Origin: Armatimonadota bacterium
Lineage (GTDB): Bacteria > Armatimonadota > Hebobacteria > CAIYQO01
Assembly: GCA_038215455.1 (NCBI GenBank)
Contig: JBBQQW010000003.1
Coordinates: 1 to 37,914 of the forward strand
Direction: 5' to 3'
DNA: 37,914 nucleotides
Shown here: piece after piece, positions 34,766 through 37,914 of the stretch
Layout of the letters: every line of letters begins with the position of its first letter
How positions within the stretch are numbered: position 1 is the stretch's first letter
The notes under the pieces: model-generated
The model's database searches: none
Seen by the model: only the letters and a program-made list of their open reading frames with translations
What the model was told of the DNA's origin: nothing
Program-made: the position numbers and the translations under genes

Positions 34766-35851
34766 TTAGAAGTACACCGGTTTGCCGGATACACTGGAGG
34801 TGTAGATGGCTTCGAGGATCTCGGAGACCACCAGCGCCTGCTCAGGCAGTACCGTCAGCGGAGTGCCTTCGGTTATGGCGTTGTAGAAGACATTTGCTTC
34901 GATGTCGGTGCGGTTGACTTTGGAACCTTCATAGAAGGCTACACCCTTTGCATCGAGGAGAATCTTGTTGTCATACAAGTTGGCATACTTGCTGCCGTTG
35001 ATGTGCAGGCCGTCCCACATATCGGCACCGGCTTCGGTACCGCAGAGGGTGCAGATCGCCTCACCCGCCTGGCGGATATTCAGCGCCCAGCTGGATTCCA
35101 GTGACACGGTGGCACCGTTCTTCATTTTGATGAAACCGAAGGCGGAATCTTCCACGGTGAATTTCGCCGGATCCCATGAGCCCCACGCATTGGATTCATT
35201 GGCTCGGGGGCCGAGTTTATGATAGCTGGTACCGACGACGTATTCCGGCTCGTAATTATCCATGCACCAGAGTGTCAGGTCGAGGGCGTGGGTGCCGATG
35301 TCGATGAGCGGGCCGCCACCCTGGGCTTCTTCATCGAGGAACACACCCCATGTCGGCACTGCGCGACGACGAAGCGCGTGCGCTTTGGCGAAGTAGATAT
35401 CGCCCAGTACGCCATCGACGCAGAGCTGCTTCAGGTACTGGCTGTCCGGGCGATAACGGTTATCGTATCCGATGGTGAGAATCTTGCCGGTGCGGTTTTT
35501 GGCTTCCAGCATAGCGCGGGCAGATGCTGCGGTCTTGGCCATCGGCTTCTCGCAGATGACGTTTGCGCCGGCTTCCATCGCCGCAATGGAGATCTCCGCA
35601 TGGACGTTGTTCGGTGTACACACGTGCACTGCATCCAGTTTCTCATGCGAGAGCATCTTCTGATAATCAGTATAGACGCGTGCACCCTTCACACCATGGT
35701 TCTCCGCGCCCTTTTCCGCGCGCTCCTTGATGATGTCGCAAAATGCGACCAGATCTACACGATCCTTCAAATTCGCCAGGGTTTTCAGGTGCTTCCCATT
35801 CGCGATACCGCCGAGACCGACGATGCCAACTTTCAGCTTCGATTTACTCAT
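34766..35851 (-). CDS. Gfo/Idh/MocA family oxidoreductase, copy A
   Basis: [43 protein letters not shown] before MSKSK. 361 aa. Confidence 0.93.
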   Translation of the reverse strand: MSKSKLKVGIVGLGGIANGKHLKTLANLKDRVDLVAFCDIIKERAEKGAENHGVKGARVYTDYQKMLSHEKLDAVHVCTPNNVHAEISIAAMEAGANVICEKPMAKTAASARAMLEAKNRTGKILTIGYDNRYRPDSQYLKQLCVDGVLGDIYFAKAHALRRRAVPTWGVFLDEEAQGGGPLIDIGTHALDLTLWCMDNYEPEYVVGTSYHKLGPRANESNAWGSWDPAKFTVEDSAFGFIKMKNGATVSLESSWALNIRQAGEAICTLCGTEAGADMWDGLHINGSKYANLYDNKILLDAKGVAFYEGSKVNRTDIEANVFYNAITEGTPLTVLPEQALVVSEILEAIYTSSVSGKPVYF

Positions 35852-35908
35852 GATAAATTCCTCACTAACAAAATTACCGGTACATTCGTTACCGGCCAAA
35901 CAACGGTA

Positions 35909-35938
35909 ATTATAGGGGTGTTTGCCATCTAATGACAA
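35909..35938 (-). promoter_or_regulatory. sigma70 promoter of oxidoreductase copy A
   Basis: TTGTCA-N18-TATAAT. Confidence 0.6.
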
Positions 35939-36015
35939 TAGCCCCCCACTGCTCTGCCCTCCTCGACATGCAAGGAGGGCGTCTGTATCATTTTTTCGCC
36001 AAACCGCGTTGTCTA

Positions 36016-37101
36016 TTAGAAGTACACCGGTTTGCCGATCTGCGCGGAGGTGTAGATGGCTTCGAGGATCTCGGAGACCACCAGCGCCTGCTCAGGCAGT
36101 ACGGTCAGCGGAGTGCCTTCGGTGATGGCGCTGTAGAAGATGCTGGCTTCCCGGTCGGCGTCGGAGACTTTAATTCCGTCGTAGAAGGCCACACCCTTGG
36201 CATTGAGGAGGATGCTGTTGTCATAGAGTTGCCCGTGTAGAGCGCCGTTGATGCGCAGACCGTCCCACATATCGGCACCGGCTTCGGTACCGCAAAGTGT
36301 GCAGATGGCCTCGCCCGCCTGGCGGATATTGAGTGCCCAGCTGGACTCCAGCAAAACGGTAGCACCATTCTTCATTTTGATGAAACCGAAAGCAGAATCT
36401 TCCACGGTGAACTTCGCCGGATCCCAGGAGCCCCAGGCATTGGCCTCGCCGGCGCGAGGGCCAAGTTTGTGGTAGGAGGTGCCGACGACGTAATCGACTT
36501 CGTAGTTATCCATGCACCACAGCGTCAGGTCGAGGGCGTGAGTGCCGATGTCGATGAGTGGACCGCCACCCTGGGCATCCTCATTGAGGAATACGCCCCA
36601 GGTGGGGACGGCGCGGCGGCGGATAGCATGGGCCTTGGCGAAGTAGATATCGCCGAGCACGCCATCCTGACACAGCCGCTTCAGATACTGGCTATCCGGG
36701 CGATATCGATTCTGATAACCAATTGTGAGAAGCTTCCCCGTGCGGTTTCTGGCATCCAGCATAGCACGGGCAGATGCTGCAGTCTTGGCCATCGGCTTCT
36801 CGCAGATAACGTTTGCGCCCGCTTCCATCGCCGCAATGGCGATCTCCGCATGGATGTTGTTCGGTGTACACACGTGCACTACATCCAGTTTCTCATGGGC
36901 GAACATCTTCTGGTAATCAGAATAAACGCGTGCACCCTTCACACCATGGGTTTCCGCACCTTTTTCCGCGCGCTCCTTGATGATGTCGCAAAAGGCGACC
37001 ATATCTACTCGATCATTCAATTTCGCCAGGGTTTTCAGGTGCTTCCCATTCGCGATACCGCCGATCCCGACGATGCCAACTTTCAGCTTCGATTTACTCA
37101 T
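36016..37101 (-). CDS. Gfo/Idh/MocA family oxidoreductase, copy B
   Basis: Same motifs and length (361 aa). About 45 substitutions versus copy A by manual alignment. Confidence 0.93.
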   Translation of the reverse strand: MSKSKLKVGIVGIGGIANGKHLKTLAKLNDRVDMVAFCDIIKERAEKGAETHGVKGARVYSDYQKMFAHEKLDVVHVCTPNNIHAEIAIAAMEAGANVICEKPMAKTAASARAMLDARNRTGKLLTIGYQNRYRPDSQYLKRLCQDGVLGDIYFAKAHAIRRRAVPTWGVFLNEDAQGGGPLIDIGTHALDLTLWCMDNYEVDYVVGTSYHKLGPRAGEANAWGSWDPAKFTVEDSAFGFIKMKNGATVLLESSWALNIRQAGEAICTLCGTEAGADMWDGLRINGALHGQLYDNSILLNAKGVAFYDGIKVSDADREASIFYSAITEGTPLTVLPEQALVVSEILEAIYTSAQIGKPVYF

Positions 37102-37158
37102 GGTAAATTCCTCACTAACAAAATTGCCGGTACATTCATTACCGGCCAAACAACGGTA

Positions 37159-37187
37159 ATTATAGGAGTGTTTGCTGAGTAAGACAA
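37159..37187 (-). promoter_or_regulatory. sigma70 promoter of oxidoreductase copy B
   Basis: TTGTCT-N17-TATAAT. Confidence 0.6.
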
Positions 37188-37318
37188 TAGCTATTCCCTT
37201 CGCCACGGCTCCTCTTCCACTGCCTCCACCACCTCAACCACCTCAACCTCCGCCAATTGCCGCAGCTGGGTGGCGAGCAGGGGGACGGCGGGGTAGCTGA
37301 TCTGGCTTAATTTCGAAC

Positions 37319-37813
37319 CTATTCCCATTCCTTAAGCATCTTTGTCACCAAATCAGATGGAAGCCTGCGTGGAGGGTCTATGGCCAGCACATTATGCAGG
37401 AAGGTGATGGCGTCAGCAGGAGGGATAATATGCAGCATGACGGCCTCCCGCAGGCATCCGAGAAATCGCCTGCATGTGATGCTATGTGCTTGACACGCGT
37501 TATACAAGGGCAGTTCGTCAGTATACACTATCCCGTGACAACACTGCGCCAAGTACAACAATTCAGCGTCGGCTGTCGAGAGCGCACGGTAGCGAAGCTG
37601 AATATCCGCGATGGCGTTCAATAGTTCGCTGCTGTTTGTCGATTGTACCCGCAGACGACCCGGTAACGCATCGGAATGCTTCACGGATAACTCGTGGTAG
37701 ACACAGCCACCGGTCAATGCGCCATCGGGGAAAAGCAAGTCAAAGATGGCTAATCCACCCCCGGCAGCGAAATGCTTAAAAAAGCAGGCATCGATAAATG
37801 CTGCATCAGTCAT
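37319..37813 (-). CDS. PIN-domain (VapC/DUF3368-like) putative toxin
   Basis: N-terminal FIDAC, LSTADAELLYLA, VYTDELPL...AC...I, FLGCLREAV...II. Confidence 0.7.
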   Translation of the reverse strand: MTDAAFIDACFFKHFAAGGGLAIFDLLFPDGALTGGCVYHELSVKHSDALPGRLRVQSTNSSELLNAIADIQLRYRALSTADAELLYLAQCCHGIVYTDELPLYNACQAHSITCRRFLGCLREAVMLHIIPPADAITFLHNVLAIDPPRRLPSDLVTKMLKEWE

Positions 37814-37914
37814 TCTGTGCGGTCTCGCTCAGGTACTCCCAGGCATCTTCAAATGACATGTCGAGAATTTCCGCGACTTTCTGTATGCCGATTTGCTCTT
37901 GTTGATAAGCCTGC
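37806..37914 (-). CDS. 3' end of an HTH-containing partner gene (UPF0175-like antitoxin or XRE-ImmA/IrrE C-terminus), truncated by the window edge
   Basis: Manual translation QAYQQEQIGIQKVAEILDMSFEDAWEYLSETAQND*. Overlaps the PIN start (ATGACTGA). Confidence 0.65.
   Translation of the reverse strand, partial: QAYQQEQIGIQKVAEILDMSFEDAWEYLSETAQND

Noticed and set aside
35852-35938. Extended N-termini of the two oxidoreductases (also ppnP and GmrSD) in the ORF track
   Set aside because: The extensions run through promoters, RBSs or hairpins. Downstream starts fit the RBS or promoter position and the family N-termini.
37263-37286. VPLLATQL peptide shared between the 37.2-kb fragment and the GH38 C-terminus
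   Set aside because: Only 8 common residues match, codons differ and flanks do not align, which is compatible with chance across six frames.

Overview
A 37.9-kb, moderately GC-rich bacterial chromosomal segment (lineage uncertain). It is mostly carbohydrate and housekeeping metabolism: the 3' end of a CCA-adding/HD nucleotidyltransferase, a compact GH50 glycosidase divergent from a ~2,760-aa cyclic beta-1,2-glucan synthase (Cgs/NdvB), a Ca/cation antiporter, a signal-peptide-bearing acetolactate decarboxylase, a SpoIIM-family protein, uxaB-uxaA-(csbD)-uxaC, a Zn-ribbon/BON-like/gmk/coaBC/AraC run lacking rpoZ, a GH38 alpha-mannosidase, a GT4 glycosyltransferase, comB, nadA, ppnP and two tandem Gfo/Idh/MocA paralogues. 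Small defence or TA-like modules are interspersed: GmrSD (DUF262-DUF1524), an orphan AbrB/MazE antitoxin, an ABC-ATPase plus TOPRIM/DUF3226 pair, and an HTH plus PIN pair at the right edge. Many intergenic gaps carry REP/MITE-like palindromes from several families. The best candidates for something undescribed are a terminator/antiterminator leader upstream of the GH38 gene, a toxin-less antitoxin with two tandem neutralising-type tails, and the PARIS-like ATPase-TOPRIM pair. No rRNA, tRNA, CRISPR array, integrase or transposase was seen. All calls come from reading motifs by eye; no searches were run.
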